Shown here: piece after piece, positions 54,127 to 63,185 of the stretch
Layout: each line of letters begins with the position of its first letter
Position numbering within the stretch: position 1 is the stretch's first letter
Virus record (IMG/VR): IMGVR_UViG_3300046168_000050
DNA from: a virus
Reading direction: 5' to 3' (one strand)
DNA length: 64,000 nucleotides
The notes under the pieces: model-generated
Database searches by the model: none
Told to the model about the DNA's origin: nothing
What the model saw: only the letters and a program-made list of their open reading frames with translations
Program-made: the position numbers and the translations under genes

Positions 54127-54561
54127 TTATTTACTCACAATCAAATCAGGAAATGCCGCCTCCACTGTTTTCTTGGTGACACCCTTAATGCTTGTCTTGT
54201 TAATCATTCCAAGCATTAACTCTGCATCTTTTGGATGCACGGTTTCTATAATATCTAAAAAGATTTTTTCTCGTTTAACTGCAGGTAATTGATCTCCTTG
54301 AAGACCTTTTACAAAGTACATAAACTTTTTATTGTGCTGGGTTAAACTGGTTGGATGTGTTTCTTCATCTGCAGGATCATAAGGAGGTTTTCCTTTTGGT
54401 AAATTCCATTGTATGACGTCATCATAGGTACCTCTTAAAATATCTCTAAGAGCCCAGTTGTTTTTATGCTGCTTGAGAATTTGTACCTTCTCATTTTGTT
54501 TTTTGGCTGCAGCAGTCTTTTCAATGATTTCATACACCATTAACGTAACTTGGTTTACCAT
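54127..54561 (-). CDS. Conserved T4-like protein next to rnh
   Basis: W.LP.G.PPY, F..G......KRE..F...LE..HP.DAE.......K...G.T......AFP. Confidence 0.75.
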   Translation of the reverse strand: MVNQVTLMVYEIIEKTAAAKKQNEKVQILKQHKNNWALRDILRGTYDDVIQWNLPKGKPPYDPADEETHPTSLTQHNKKFMYFVKGLQGDQLPAVKREKIFLDIIETVHPKDAELMLGMINKTSIKGVTKKTVEAAFPDLIVSK

Positions 54562-54562
54562 A

Positions 54563-55405
54563 TTAAATAAAATCCTTTACATCTTCTAATAATCTACGAC
54601 AGCGTTTGTCGACAAGATATGGAAATACTTTTCCTTTATTGCCTGCTTTATTTTGGCCGTCATAACTATATATAATTTTTTCTCTTAGAGCTGCCGGAGT
54701 TGACTCAAGATCTATAAGTTTTCTATTACGTTGTATATTACGTAACACTGTTTCTCCCTGCGATGAGGGGTCATGCATTAACGCTTCAATAATAGGCTTA
54801 CGTAATGGAGTCTGCCGTCCGCCATTCACAAAAACATTATCATCGCTTAGAACATTAGGTACTCCATCAGCGGTATCGCCTTTTAGTACAAGTTCTAATA
54901 GCTGCTTTCGTGGATGATCTTCTTTAATAAACTTTTTAGTCATAGGAGAAAACTGAGAAACATTTTTGTATTTCTGAAGCTGTGCAAAATCTTTGTCCGC
55001 AGAAATAATTATTACTGGCTCATGCTGGCCAAATTCTTGTGTTTGTTCTACAAGAACACCGATGACATCGTCTGCTTCACAGCCATCAATTTTAATAGTC
55101 TTATAAGGAAAGTGTTCGCCTAGTTCTTCCCATACTAAATTAATAATACGGAATGCTTCTTTCCAATCCATCTTAGACTCCTTGCGAGTCTTTTTACGAG
55201 CAGCCTTATATTGAGGAAATTCATTATAACGCCAGTTGTTACCAGCATCACCTGCCATAACGACCTCACCAAACTTATCTCTAAACCTAGAACGGTACAT
55301 ACGAATAGAATTAAGAATCATATGTCTGATCATATCCTCTTGTATGTCAAGTCTTTGTGTCACGATATTGCTAACTGCGATTGCCGAATAGTCAATAATA
55401 ATCAT
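54563..55405 (-). CDS. rnh: RNase H / 5'-3' exonuclease (T4 rnh)
   Basis: IID, WR...FP.YK..R, EADD.I, IS.DKDF.QL, GD..DG.PN.LS.D. Confidence 0.93.
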   Translation of the reverse strand: MIIIDYSAIAVSNIVTQRLDIQEDMIRHMILNSIRMYRSRFRDKFGEVVMAGDAGNNWRYNEFPQYKAARKKTRKESKMDWKEAFRIINLVWEELGEHFPYKTIKIDGCEADDVIGVLVEQTQEFGQHEPVIIISADKDFAQLQKYKNVSQFSPMTKKFIKEDHPRKQLLELVLKGDTADGVPNVLSDDNVFVNGGRQTPLRKPIIEALMHDPSSQGETVLRNIQRNRKLIDLESTPAALREKIIYSYDGQNKAGNKGKVFPYLVDKRCRRLLEDVKDFI

Positions 55406-55427
55406 AATAATCTCCTAATTGTTAGGT

Positions 55428-55859
55428 TTATTCTAACACACTTTCATCATCATGTACACCTAAAATATGCTTTCTATGTATTTTTCCGCCAATAAAGGCA
55501 TTATAATATTCTTCAGGCTTTAGCAGTACATCATACTCAAATTGAAATTTCATTTCATAATATGAGCATTGCCCTTTGGTTTTACATAATTTTAAGATTT
55601 CTCTATAGTAATTATCTTCACCCTTTTCTTCAACTAGCTGTTGCACTTCTTTACTAGATCCAAAATAAGTACGCCAGTCAGAATCCACTCTTGTTCTGAC
55701 CCGGCGCTTTCTTTTTGAGTTTTTTGGTAGGACCTTAGGCTTCCAGAAAAATTTCTTGCCAATGTATTTCATACCCGTATCTTTTTCGGTTATGCGATAT
55801 ACAAATCCTTGATATTCTTCTGGTGTCTCATCAAATTCATTTTTGTTATAATACCACAT
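55428..55859 (-). CDS. GIY-YIG (Seg-like) nuclease-family protein
   Basis: GFVY.IT....G.KYIGKK, W..Y.GS, REIL, E, YYN. Confidence 0.75.
   Translation of the reverse strand: MWYYNKNEFDETPEEYQGFVYRITEKDTGMKYIGKKFFWKPKVLPKNSKRKRRVRTRVDSDWRTYFGSSKEVQQLVEEKGEDNYYREILKLCKTKGQCSYYEMKFQFEYDVLLKPEEYYNAFIGGKIHRKHILGVHDDESVLE
55430..55458 (-). promoter_or_regulatory. Early-type promoter TGTACA-N17-TAGAAT for rnh
   Basis: -10 at 55435-55430, -35 at 55458-55453, inside the 3' end of the GIY-YIG gene. Confidence 0.65.
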
Positions 55860-55897
55860 AATAAACAGCTTCTTTATGATTAATAAAAAGCTATTTA

Positions 55898-56035
55898 TTA
55901 ATCGTCTTCAAGCGCCTCGAATTCCATAGGAGAACCACACATAGGGCAGTACTGGGGAGTTTCCTCACTATCGACTACCATTACTTGTGATTCAGTATCA
56001 CACGCTACACACTCTGTCCAGTATTCTTCTTCCAT
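55898..56035 (-). CDS. 45-aa zinc-ribbon protein (not in ORF track)
   Basis: MEEEYWTECVACD...YCPMCGS (two CxxC); directly after nrdA. Confidence 0.7.
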   Translation of the reverse strand: MEEEYWTECVACDTESQVMVVDSEETPQYCPMCGSPMEFEALEDD

Positions 56036-57694
56036 TTATGCCTCGCACGATGCACAAGACATAATATCTCTTACGAGCTCTTGTGCTGGGTTTGCTGATC
56101 GTTGATAATAAAATGTTTTGACACCTAATCTCCAGCCTTCAATTAATAATGCATTCACATCCTTTGTAGATACTTCTGGATGAATCATAAGGTTAAGAGA
56201 CTGTGCCTGATCTATATATTTCTGTCTTGAAGCCGCTTGTTGCACAATAGACAGCGGAGTTATTTCACTGAACGTTTTAAATACTGATTTTTCTTCATCA
56301 GACAAAAAGTCTAAATGCTGCACTGAGCCACCACGAATAAGAATAGTCTCCCATGTTTCAAAGTCATCTTTGCCTTTATCAGCTAATAGCTGCTTTAAGA
56401 ATGGATTTTTATACGTAAACTTACCTTTGGCTAAATCCTTTGTAAAGTAGTTAGAGGCAAGAGGTTCAATTGATGGAGACACTTGACCGAGAATAAATGA
56501 CGATGATGTAGTCGGAGCAACAGCAGAACGAGTAAGATTACGCTCTCCATATCCTAACATTCCGACTGGTTCACCATATTCTTCTGCCAGTTCTTTTGTA
56601 GCAGCAAGTGACTTATCATCAATAAATTTAGCAAGCTTAATTGTTTCCATCTGAGCCTGTAGACCCTCGAACGGAATCATTTTAGATTGTAGATATGAAT
56701 GCCAACCAAGAATACCAAGACCAAGAGCTCTCCACGTCTTAGCAAAATTATGTGATGATTCCATAAATTGGATTCCAGATGTTTTGTCAATGTACTCTTC
56801 CATGACAGCATCTAAGAAATAAATCATAGTTTCTACTGCATCAGTATGCTGCCATTCATCAAATGTTAGTGCATTCATCGATGCAAGATTGCACACAAAT
56901 GATTCGTCTGATGATGACGGAAGGGCGATTTCAGAACACAGATTTGATGCCCAGATGCGTTTACCAGTCTCGCGCAGAGCGCGTGGTGCATTGTTATTTA
57001 CAGTATCGCTAAAAAAGATATACGGGTAACCAGACTCGCGCCTCTTGCGCAAAACCCTGGCCCATACTTCTCTTTTTGCTGTATCACCTTCAATCATTTC
57101 CGACATAAATTTATCTGAGACACAGACGCCCAATGATAAATTATGAATAGAAGATCCTTCTTCACGGCATTCTAAGAATTCCATAACATCAGGTGATTCA
57201 ATATCCAAGTAGACCGCCATTGATCCGCGACGTACGTTGCCCTGTGATATGATATCAACGGTTGTTTCAAACATATTGGCATAGTGCACAGGGCCGTCAG
57301 CAGATCCGCCTGATTTAATTTCGGTTCCACGTGGGCGTATGGATCCAAGATAAGCAGATGTACCAGCGCCCATCTTAGTTTGCATTCCTACTTCACCAAC
57401 TTTAGTGAGAATAGAATTAATTGAGTCTTCAATATAAACTCCATTACAAGAAATTGGCAAACCTTTTTTTGTACCAAAGTTTGACCAAACAGGTGAAGAC
57501 AATGAATAATATCCTCGACTCATATAGCCATAAAACTTATCAGAGAACCCTTCAATGTCAAGAATATTTTCTGCAGATTTTGCAATCTCACGTACTCTTT
57601 CTTCAAGAGTCATATTGCCATCAATATATCCGCGGCTTAAAAATAAGCGCGAGTCTTCATTTGCCCACCACCAGTTCTGTGTTGTATCAATCAT
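56036..57694 (-). CDS. nrdA: Ribonucleotide reductase class I alpha subunit (compact, no ATP cone)
   Basis: PISC, SNLCSE, CNL.S.N, R.LGLG..G, APT.SSS, TFYY.R, C-terminal CASCE. Confidence 0.95.
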   Translation of the reverse strand: MIDTTQNWWWANEDSRLFLSRGYIDGNMTLEERVREIAKSAENILDIEGFSDKFYGYMSRGYYSLSSPVWSNFGTKKGLPISCNGVYIEDSINSILTKVGEVGMQTKMGAGTSAYLGSIRPRGTEIKSGGSADGPVHYANMFETTVDIISQGNVRRGSMAVYLDIESPDVMEFLECREEGSSIHNLSLGVCVSDKFMSEMIEGDTAKREVWARVLRKRRESGYPYIFFSDTVNNNAPRALRETGKRIWASNLCSEIALPSSSDESFVCNLASMNALTFDEWQHTDAVETMIYFLDAVMEEYIDKTSGIQFMESSHNFAKTWRALGLGILGWHSYLQSKMIPFEGLQAQMETIKLAKFIDDKSLAATKELAEEYGEPVGMLGYGERNLTRSAVAPTTSSSFILGQVSPSIEPLASNYFTKDLAKGKFTYKNPFLKQLLADKGKDDFETWETILIRGGSVQHLDFLSDEEKSVFKTFSEITPLSIVQQAASRQKYIDQAQSLNLMIHPEVSTKDVNALLIEGWRLGVKTFYYQRSANPAQELVRDIMSCASCEA

Positions 57695-57705
57695 TCTTTA
57701 TCCTC

Positions 57706-58678
57706 CTAAAACAAATCGTCAGCTGTAATACCTTTTCCTTTTGCGTATTCAACTGGCCGCTTTTGGAAGAAGTCTGTCATGTTAGCACCAAGTAGTTCTT
57801 CATCAAACCAATAAGTCTGATCGATGTGGTGCTGGTTATAGTAGATCTCGCTTGAATCAAATCCTATTTGATCAAGTGAGTCTTTCATGCGTTTCGCGAT
57901 AAACGATTTAAGGATATTAGCGTCCAATCCTTCAACGGAATATTCGCCCATGATCCAATCAATCACGGCGCTTTCAGCTTTTAATGAGTCTACACATTCT
58001 TCACGAATACGAGATTCCATTTCATCGTCAAATAAATCTGGATATTCTTCACGCATTGTGTTAATAAGCTTGATGCCAACTTGTGCATGCAGCATTTCTT
58101 CGTTGCGTGTATACTGCACTTGCTGAGCACAATCTTTAAGTACAGCTTTATTACGGTTAAAATGCATAATAATATAGAACTGGCTGAATAAGCTTACATT
58201 CTCTACGAAGAGCGTGAACAAGATAATAGAATAAATGTACTGTTTCTTTTCATCTTTATATTCACGCTTTAAATATTTACGTAGATAGTCCACACGGCCT
58301 TTGATTACCTTCTCTTCAAGGTTCTTTTCAAAGACGTCAGTCAAATGTAAAATATCCAGTAGTTTTTCGTATGCCAAATTATGAATGACTTCTGAATTAG
58401 CCATAGCATATCCAAGATCACGAATAGATGGGGTGTGGCATCTTGTCGCCAATGTTTGCCCAGAACGTTTTCACTGCAACCTCAATTTGGCCAATAGCCG
58501 AAAGTGCACGGACAACTACTTCTTGTTCCTCTTCTGTTAAATCGCTTTTAAACTGCGAATAGTCTGATCTAAAATTAAATTCATCAGGCGTCCAGAAGCC
58601 TTGCCAAATGGCGTCGACAAACTGTTTTGTCCATGGGTATAAATCGGGTTTACGTGAGATTTGTTCTTCGAATAGCAT
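57706..58678 (-). CDS. nrdB: Ribonucleotide reductase class I beta subunit (class Id-like), split by a one-base frameshift at 58430-58433
   Basis: 5' ORF has KP..YPW...W...E...QIEVAVK. 3' ORF has EVIH..AY, E...LFS.F, EE.LH, DFF..RP..Y. Deleting one C from CACCCCATC gives ..MPHPSIRDLG... Confidence 0.9.
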
Positions 58679-58769
58679 GCATTACTCCATATGCGTATAA
58701 AAGGCATAGCTCTAAATCGGATTATTTAGAGACTAGATTTTAGGTTGTTGTGATTGTTTAGTTGGTGCT

Positions 58770-58798
58770 ATTATATATCAAATACACGAAATTGAAAA
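58770..58798 (-). promoter_or_regulatory. Sigma70-type promoter for nrdBA (TTTTCA-N17-TATAAT)
   Basis: -10 at 58775-58770; leader hairpin CTCTAAAT-N6-ATTTAGAG at 58710-58731. Confidence 0.5.
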
Positions 58799-58841
58799 CA
58801 GTTAAATGCGCTGTTTTAAAAATAATATTTTGTTTTTAGGG

Positions 58842-58871
58842 GTTTACAAATATTAAATATCGATGTATAAT
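58842..58871 (+). promoter_or_regulatory. Sigma70/T4-early-type promoter GTTTACA-N17-TATAAT facing antisense into the spanins
   Basis: TTTACA 58843-58848, 17-nt spacer, TATAAT 58866-58871, with an AT-rich tract upstream. Confidence 0.6.
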
Positions 58872-58879
58872 AAGAAGAG

Positions 58880-59257
58880 CTATTCTGAGGGAGGTGATAC
58901 ATCTGTAGGAGTTAAAGCTTCTTCATAATATCCTATGATAGCCTGTGTATCTTTTATGTACCTACGCATCTCAGCAATACCTAACGCTAGATTTTCATAT
59001 CCTTTTGGAGTAATTGCAAAGAATACTACGTTACCAGTTTTAGCTTCGAGTTCTGCAATCTTTTCATCTAGATTTTCTTCAGTTACTACATACCAATCGA
59101 CAGGAGGAAATTGTACTGCCTTAGGTCTCTCTTGAAGAGGAACATTTTGTTTAGCGTATTCGGTTGAAACAACTACTTCTGTTTCGGGCGCTCTATTGCC
59201 CAGACACGCTGTCAGTAGAAGCAGGCTCATCACTGGGAGGAGTAGTTTCGGCTTCAA
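58880..59257 (-). CDS. o-spanin (Rz1-like lipoprotein)
   Basis: TTG start gives MKPKLLLPVMSLLLLTAC (lipobox); Pro-rich segment; YENLA.......RYI......I.YYE; overlaps the i-spanin 3' end. Confidence 0.8.
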   Translation of the reverse strand: MKPKLLLPVMSLLLLTACLGNRAPETEVVVSTEYAKQNVPLQERPKAVQFPPVDWYVVTEENLDEKIAELEAKTGNVVFFAITPKGYENLALGIAEMRRYIKDTQAIIGYYEEALTPTDVSPPSE

Positions 59258-59612
59258 TTTTTTGGAGTAATTTGCCAACGGCGTTGTCAACCCTATCTTC
59301 AAGTCCTTGTGCATTTGTTAATGCCTCCATAGTCAAATCTATCTTAGCAAATACACCTCTAAGCTTGTCAAGGTGTTGCTGTGATTGTTGCAATCTTTTT
59401 GTTAAATCTTTATTCAGCTGTTCATTCTTTTTTTGATCAGCTTGAATCTGTTCAATAGTAGCCTGTAAAGTTTCGGCTGTAGTTTTAAGCTTTACGTTAT
59501 TTTCTCTAAGAGTATTTATAGTAGCTTCAGACCAGATATAATACTGGTATCCGCCATACCCCACTCCACTGAGTAAGCTTACTACGATTAATATTAAATA
59601 TAATTTAGCCAT
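59193..59612 (-). CDS. i-spanin (Rz-like)
   Basis: N-terminal TM helix followed by a long coiled coil; overlaps the lipoprotein gene. Confidence 0.8.
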   Translation of the reverse strand: MAKLYLILIVVSLLSGVGYGGYQYYIWSEATINTLRENNVKLKTTAETLQATIEQIQADQKKNEQLNKDLTKRLQQSQQHLDKLRGVFAKIDLTMEALTNAQGLEDRVDNAVGKLLQKIEAETTPPSDEPASTDSVSGQ

Positions 59613-60045
59613 TATCTTCCATATGCCTTCTAAATCTTTTTAGCAAAACAGGCAGTTTATTTTTTTTACGTCTACGGTCTGTTACATGTATTTCTTTAGC
59701 TCTTGGGCCCATGTTAGCAGTATCTTGAGGAATTCCGGCGTCAGCAGTAGTAGTCACTTCTTCTAGTGATTCAAACTGAAATGTTTTAGAATAATCTGCC
59801 ACTTTCTTACCTCTCTTATCATATTGACCAGCATCCATGGCCTGTTGTTTAGCATAAGCTTTAGGGCTGTAAGTATCACCCCATTCCCAATCTTTATATC
59901 GTGGATCCCATTCTAAAACTTTCCACTCACTGTTTTTGTGCCGCTCGTATTCATCTAGCTGCTTCTCAATCTTAAACCGTCGGCCAGTAGGAAACTTAAT
60001 TTCTAACTCGCCACTAGGGCCAGCTTTTTTCCATCTAGGTATCAT
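59605..60045 (-). CDS. Hypothetical protein
   Basis: Coupled ORF with an LEE site and a basic C-terminus. Confidence 0.55.
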   Translation of the reverse strand: MIPRWKKAGPSGELEIKFPTGRRFKIEKQLDEYERHKNSEWKVLEWDPRYKDWEWGDTYSPKAYAKQQAMDAGQYDKRGKKVADYSKTFQFESLEEVTTTADAGIPQDTANMGPRAKEIHVTDRRRKKNKLPVLLKRFRRHMEDNG

Positions 60046-60632
60046 CTAGACAGCTCGCTTATTGCAACGTAAATATTTTTATTTGTTTTGCTATGGGTTA
60101 CTTCATAAATGTTTAATCCAAATATTTCACCGATTGGGTAACAATCTTCTGAAACTATAACTTTATCTCTTGGTTTAACAACCTCGTCGAATGTGTCATT
60201 AATAAGTTTTTCACTTAATACCTTATATGATCCTGGAGATAATTTATTATTTTCTAATACAAACCATTCTGTTTGTTCAGACATAAAATCAAGCGGATCA
60301 ATATTAAGTGATTTTTTTATTTCTTTATCGCTGACACCAAACTTTTCTTTTAGTAAGAATAGCGCTGCAGCGTAAGAAGCTATTCTAGACCCACCACCAG
60401 GCACCTTTGCCATAATTTTTTTGATATTAAATACCAGCCTATGAAAAGGAGTATAATAATTTTTATACGTATCCCTATTATCCATAGTATTAAGATCAAA
60501 TGTTTTTAATTTTTTACCGTCTTTATCGATGATACCTTTTTTGTAGGCTTCGGTATCTTCAAAACTTGTAGTAAGAAGCCTTAAGAATCTAAACGTATAG
60601 ACAAGATCACCAGCTCGTTTGACCAATCCCAT
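60042..60632 (-). CDS. Conserved T4-like (probable virion) protein
   Basis: D..Y.FRFL.LL...F....A.K.GIID.DG...YT.FHRLVFN.K......PGG....SYAAAL.LLKE. Confidence 0.75.
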   Translation of the reverse strand: MGLVKRAGDLVYTFRFLRLLTTSFEDTEAYKKGIIDKDGKKLKTFDLNTMDNRDTYKNYYTPFHRLVFNIKKIMAKVPGGGSRIASYAAALFLLKEKFGVSDKEIKKSLNIDPLDFMSEQTEWFVLENNKLSPGSYKVLSEKLINDTFDEVVKPRDKVIVSEDCYPIGEIFGLNIYEVTHSKTNKNIYVAISELSR

Positions 60633-61000
60633 TATATTTTCCTTAATTTGTCTACTACATTCTGATCCATTGTTATATCAGTATACTGATCATTTTTAAT
60701 ATAATTTAAGAAGATAAGAAACGGTTTTAAAGCTGACCAATATCTATCTTCTATTTGATACTCTAGCATTCTCAATGTCGGTTGTACATCAAATACGTTA
60801 AACAATACTATAAGATGATTAAGTATTAATCTTTCAGGCACACTACCATTATTAGCATAACGAAAAAATAAACGTTTAAGATACATAAATCTTTTCATGT
60901 CATTATAAAATTCTTCAGCATCTATACAATTAGGCTTATAGTATTGCTGCATTGCATAAAGCATAAAGTTATCTTCTGACAACTTATCAAATAATTTCAT
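60632..61000 (-). CDS. Conserved T4-like protein
   Basis: F..L...NF..YA...Y..P.C....EF..D..RF.Y.KRL......ERLILNH.I.L.NVF. Confidence 0.8.
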   Translation of the reverse strand: MKLFDKLSEDNFMLYAMQQYYKPNCIDAEEFYNDMKRFMYLKRLFFRYANNGSVPERLILNHLIVLFNVFDVQPTLRMLEYQIEDRYWSALKPFLIFLNYIKNDQYTDITMDQNVVDKLRKI

Positions 61001-61041
61001 AACACACCTAATTAGTTTTTATATACTAAATTATATATAAA

Positions 61042-61398
61042 CTATTTACTAAGTACTGTTTTCATTGCTTGTACTAAAGACTTTTTAGACTTTCTACGGT
61101 CAAGCTCAACGCCATTTTCACGCCCGAGCTCTTCAAGTTCAACTTTAGACATGTCTTCTAGTTCCATGTCCATCATAGCAGACTGAATCTTGCCTTCAGT
61201 AATCATATCTTGTACATCTTCTTGTGTTGCTTCTTGCACTATAGGAGCCGCCGCAGGAGTCACGTTGCCATGAAATGCATCGACTTCTGCTTGAGTAAAT
61301 CTAGAAGACTTATATAATTCCCCAGACTTAGGATCTACCCAACCTTTATTTTTATCTGGAACTGCGTGTGCACACCACGCCGGTGGTTTAATTGCCAT
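61042..61398 (-). CDS. Protein with C-terminal HeH/Rho-N-like domain
   Basis: Start moved to MAIKPPAW; L..MSK.ELE..GR..GVELDRR.SK..L. Confidence 0.65.
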   Translation of the reverse strand: MAIKPPAWCAHAVPDKNKGWVDPKSGELYKSSRFTQAEVDAFHGNVTPAAAPIVQEATQEDVQDMITEGKIQSAMMDMELEDMSKVELEELGRENGVELDRRKSKKSLVQAMKTVLSK

Positions 61399-61402
61399 AA
61401 TA

Positions 61403-62347
61403 TTATGCCTTTGTTGCTGATGGAATAACTTTACTGTCGCCTGCCTTATTGTCGTTGGTTCTAGCTTTTTTACTGGGTCCAGCATTAGCTGCCTTTTTAA
61501 CATCATCACCTGAAGCTTCAGGGTTATCTTTAACATCCTTTGTAGTATTTAACATATCCTGAGCACCTTTAGATGATTTAGATGCATCATTAGGTTCTTG
61601 TGCGGCTGCAGCACTTTTGTAATGCTCTCCACGCTTTTCCATGATCCGCGTATATACTGGCCATACAGTTGATTCAATTGCAGAAACCTCGTTATCACCC
61701 ATTTTAGCTTTCTTGGTTTCTTTTTTAGGATTAACTACTACTTCGTCCTCTTCGTTCTTAGACGCCTTAGGAATATCAAAAGGAGCTTTCTTCAAAGTAA
61801 CGGCTTTCTTACCCTTTTCTGACGAGGCTGAAGCCTTTGCTAACTTTTTAGCTAGTGCCATGTTTTTACTCTCTTCAACTTCTTCTTTCATAGATTTTTT
61901 ATATAGATCCAATGCCTTTGCGTACTTTGGATTCTTCATCATACGTTTTGATTCACCGTGATCTGGATCATCGTGAGCCATACGAACAGTAGGTTCATCT
62001 AAGTTATGAGTTTTCATATGCTTTTTATATGCATCAAACTTTTTAGGATCAACAGTTTTGCCAAAACTTTTACTCATAGGTCTCATGCTGCGAGAAATTT
62101 CATCCAAACTTGCTTCTTTTACGTCATCAGCAATTGCCTTAGCGGTATCTTTTTTCATAGTAACAGGATATTTTTTACCTGCAAAATTAAAGTGTGATTT
62201 ACCAGCTTTATGTGCTCCAGCCGCTGCGCCGTGGAACGCGGTGCGCTCTGCTGCTTGAATAGTTTCTGGGATCTCAAATTCGTTGAGTTTATTTTCTGCG
62301 ACCTGTTGCAGTGCGGCCGCCATTTTACTAATTGATTCTTGATTCAT
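61403..62347 (-). CDS. Putative internal head / scaffold-type protein
   Basis: Highly charged, with repeated (L/V/M)xE sites (VAE, LNE, VKE, LDE, MKEEVEE) like prohead protease gp21 targets. Confidence 0.55.
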   Translation of the reverse strand: MNQESISKMAAALQQVAENKLNEFEIPETIQAAERTAFHGAAAGAHKAGKSHFNFAGKKYPVTMKKDTAKAIADDVKEASLDEISRSMRPMSKSFGKTVDPKKFDAYKKHMKTHNLDEPTVRMAHDDPDHGESKRMMKNPKYAKALDLYKKSMKEEVEESKNMALAKKLAKASASSEKGKKAVTLKKAPFDIPKASKNEEDEVVVNPKKETKKAKMGDNEVSAIESTVWPVYTRIMEKRGEHYKSAAAAQEPNDASKSSKGAQDMLNTTKDVKDNPEASGDDVKKAANAGPSKKARTNDNKAGDSKVIPSATKA

Positions 62348-62356
62348 TTTATTTCC

Positions 62357-62641
62357 TTACATCCAAATTTGGGCTGCGATTGCACTGGCGCCAACAGCAA
62401 TGGCAATCCAGAATAATTTATTGATGACGTTAACGGTATGGGCGTTTTCATCACATTTTTTTTCGATGATATCAAGTTTTTCTGAAAACTTGTTCATTCT
62501 AGTCCAGGAGTCATCCCTATACTTATTGTATGAATCCATCTTCTCTTCAAATCTTGCAAGTGTGACTAATGCGTCTGCCATTTTGTCCATCTTATCTTCG
62601 ATCCGGTCGAGTCGGGCTTCCCAGTTAACTTCTACCATCAA
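62357..62641 (-). CDS. Coiled-coil plus C-terminal TM protein (XhlA/holin-like)
   Basis: RLDRIEDK.DK....V.LAR.EEK, C-terminal hydrophobic helix; late promoter upstream. Confidence 0.6.
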   Translation of the reverse strand: MMVEVNWEARLDRIEDKMDKMADALVTLARFEEKMDSYNKYRDDSWTRMNKFSEKLDIIEKKCDENAHTVNVINKLFWIAIAVGASAIAAQIWM

Positions 62642-62666
62642 TAGTTTCCATTTAATTTATTAGTGT

Positions 62667-62674
62667 TATTTATA
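62667..62674 (-). promoter_or_regulatory. T4-type late promoter TATAAATA
   Basis: Exact match upstream of 62357..62641. Confidence 0.8.
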
Positions 62675-62695
62675 ATATAAATTATTTACTGACAT

Positions 62696-62959
62696 CTAAC
62701 AATTCCAGCGCCTACGTGCTGCTTTACCTCTTTCACCAGTCCAACTTTTTGATCTTGCACAAAACGATTTCCTACGACCAGCCGCCTTAGATCCCTTTTT
62801 TAGTTTACTGGGTTTAGTTGTAACAGCTGTTTGTAGTTTACTACCTGGATTCGCCCGTTTAAACGCATCGACGCCTTTCTGAGTCATACCAGCACCCTTG
62901 TCGGCTGAACGAAAGTGTCCTTTAGAATCTTTTTCTAAAAATGTTTTAAACTTATCCAC
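62696..62959 (-). CDS. Conserved basic marine-phage protein, putative internal head protein
   Basis: G.T.KG.......NPGSKL.TAVT....A.RRKSFCAR......ARRRW.C; N-terminal FKTFLE. Confidence 0.7.
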   Translation of the reverse strand: MDKFKTFLEKDSKGHFRSADKGAGMTQKGVDAFKRANPGSKLQTAVTTKPSKLKKGSKAAGRRKSFCARSKSWTGERGKAARRRWNC

Positions 62960-63185
62960 CGAACTCGTGCCCCGCTACCCTACGCATTTGCTTGTTAAAT
63001 TCAGATTGTGATGGCTTAGATTTATATAGTTTAATAGAAATCTCAGGGCGTTCTTTACCTTTGATTCTCCAGTTATGGCCTTTTTCTTTATGATCAGCAC
63101 TAGTAGTTTTAACAACACGACGTTTGTATCCGGCCTCCCAGGACTCAGACTTTTTTTCTACCATAAACTGCTTAAAACTAATCAT
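62952..63185 (-). CDS. Putative internal head protein
   Basis: N-terminal MISFKQFMVE resembles a capsid targeting sequence. Confidence 0.6.
   Translation of the reverse strand: MISFKQFMVEKKSESWEAGYKRRVVKTTSADHKEKGHNWRIKGKERPEISIKLYKSKPSQSEFNKQMRRVAGHEFGG

Noticed and set aside
35925-55458. Dispersed repeats as a CRISPR-like or recombination array
   Set aside because: Irregular spacing, always upstream of genes and with promoter geometry; no regularly spaced repeat-spacer array is seen anywhere in the window.
55428-55859. GIY-YIG gene as an intron-encoded homing endonuclease
   Set aside because: It is free-standing, the flanking genes are intact, no group I intron core is seen, and it has no DNA-binding extension.
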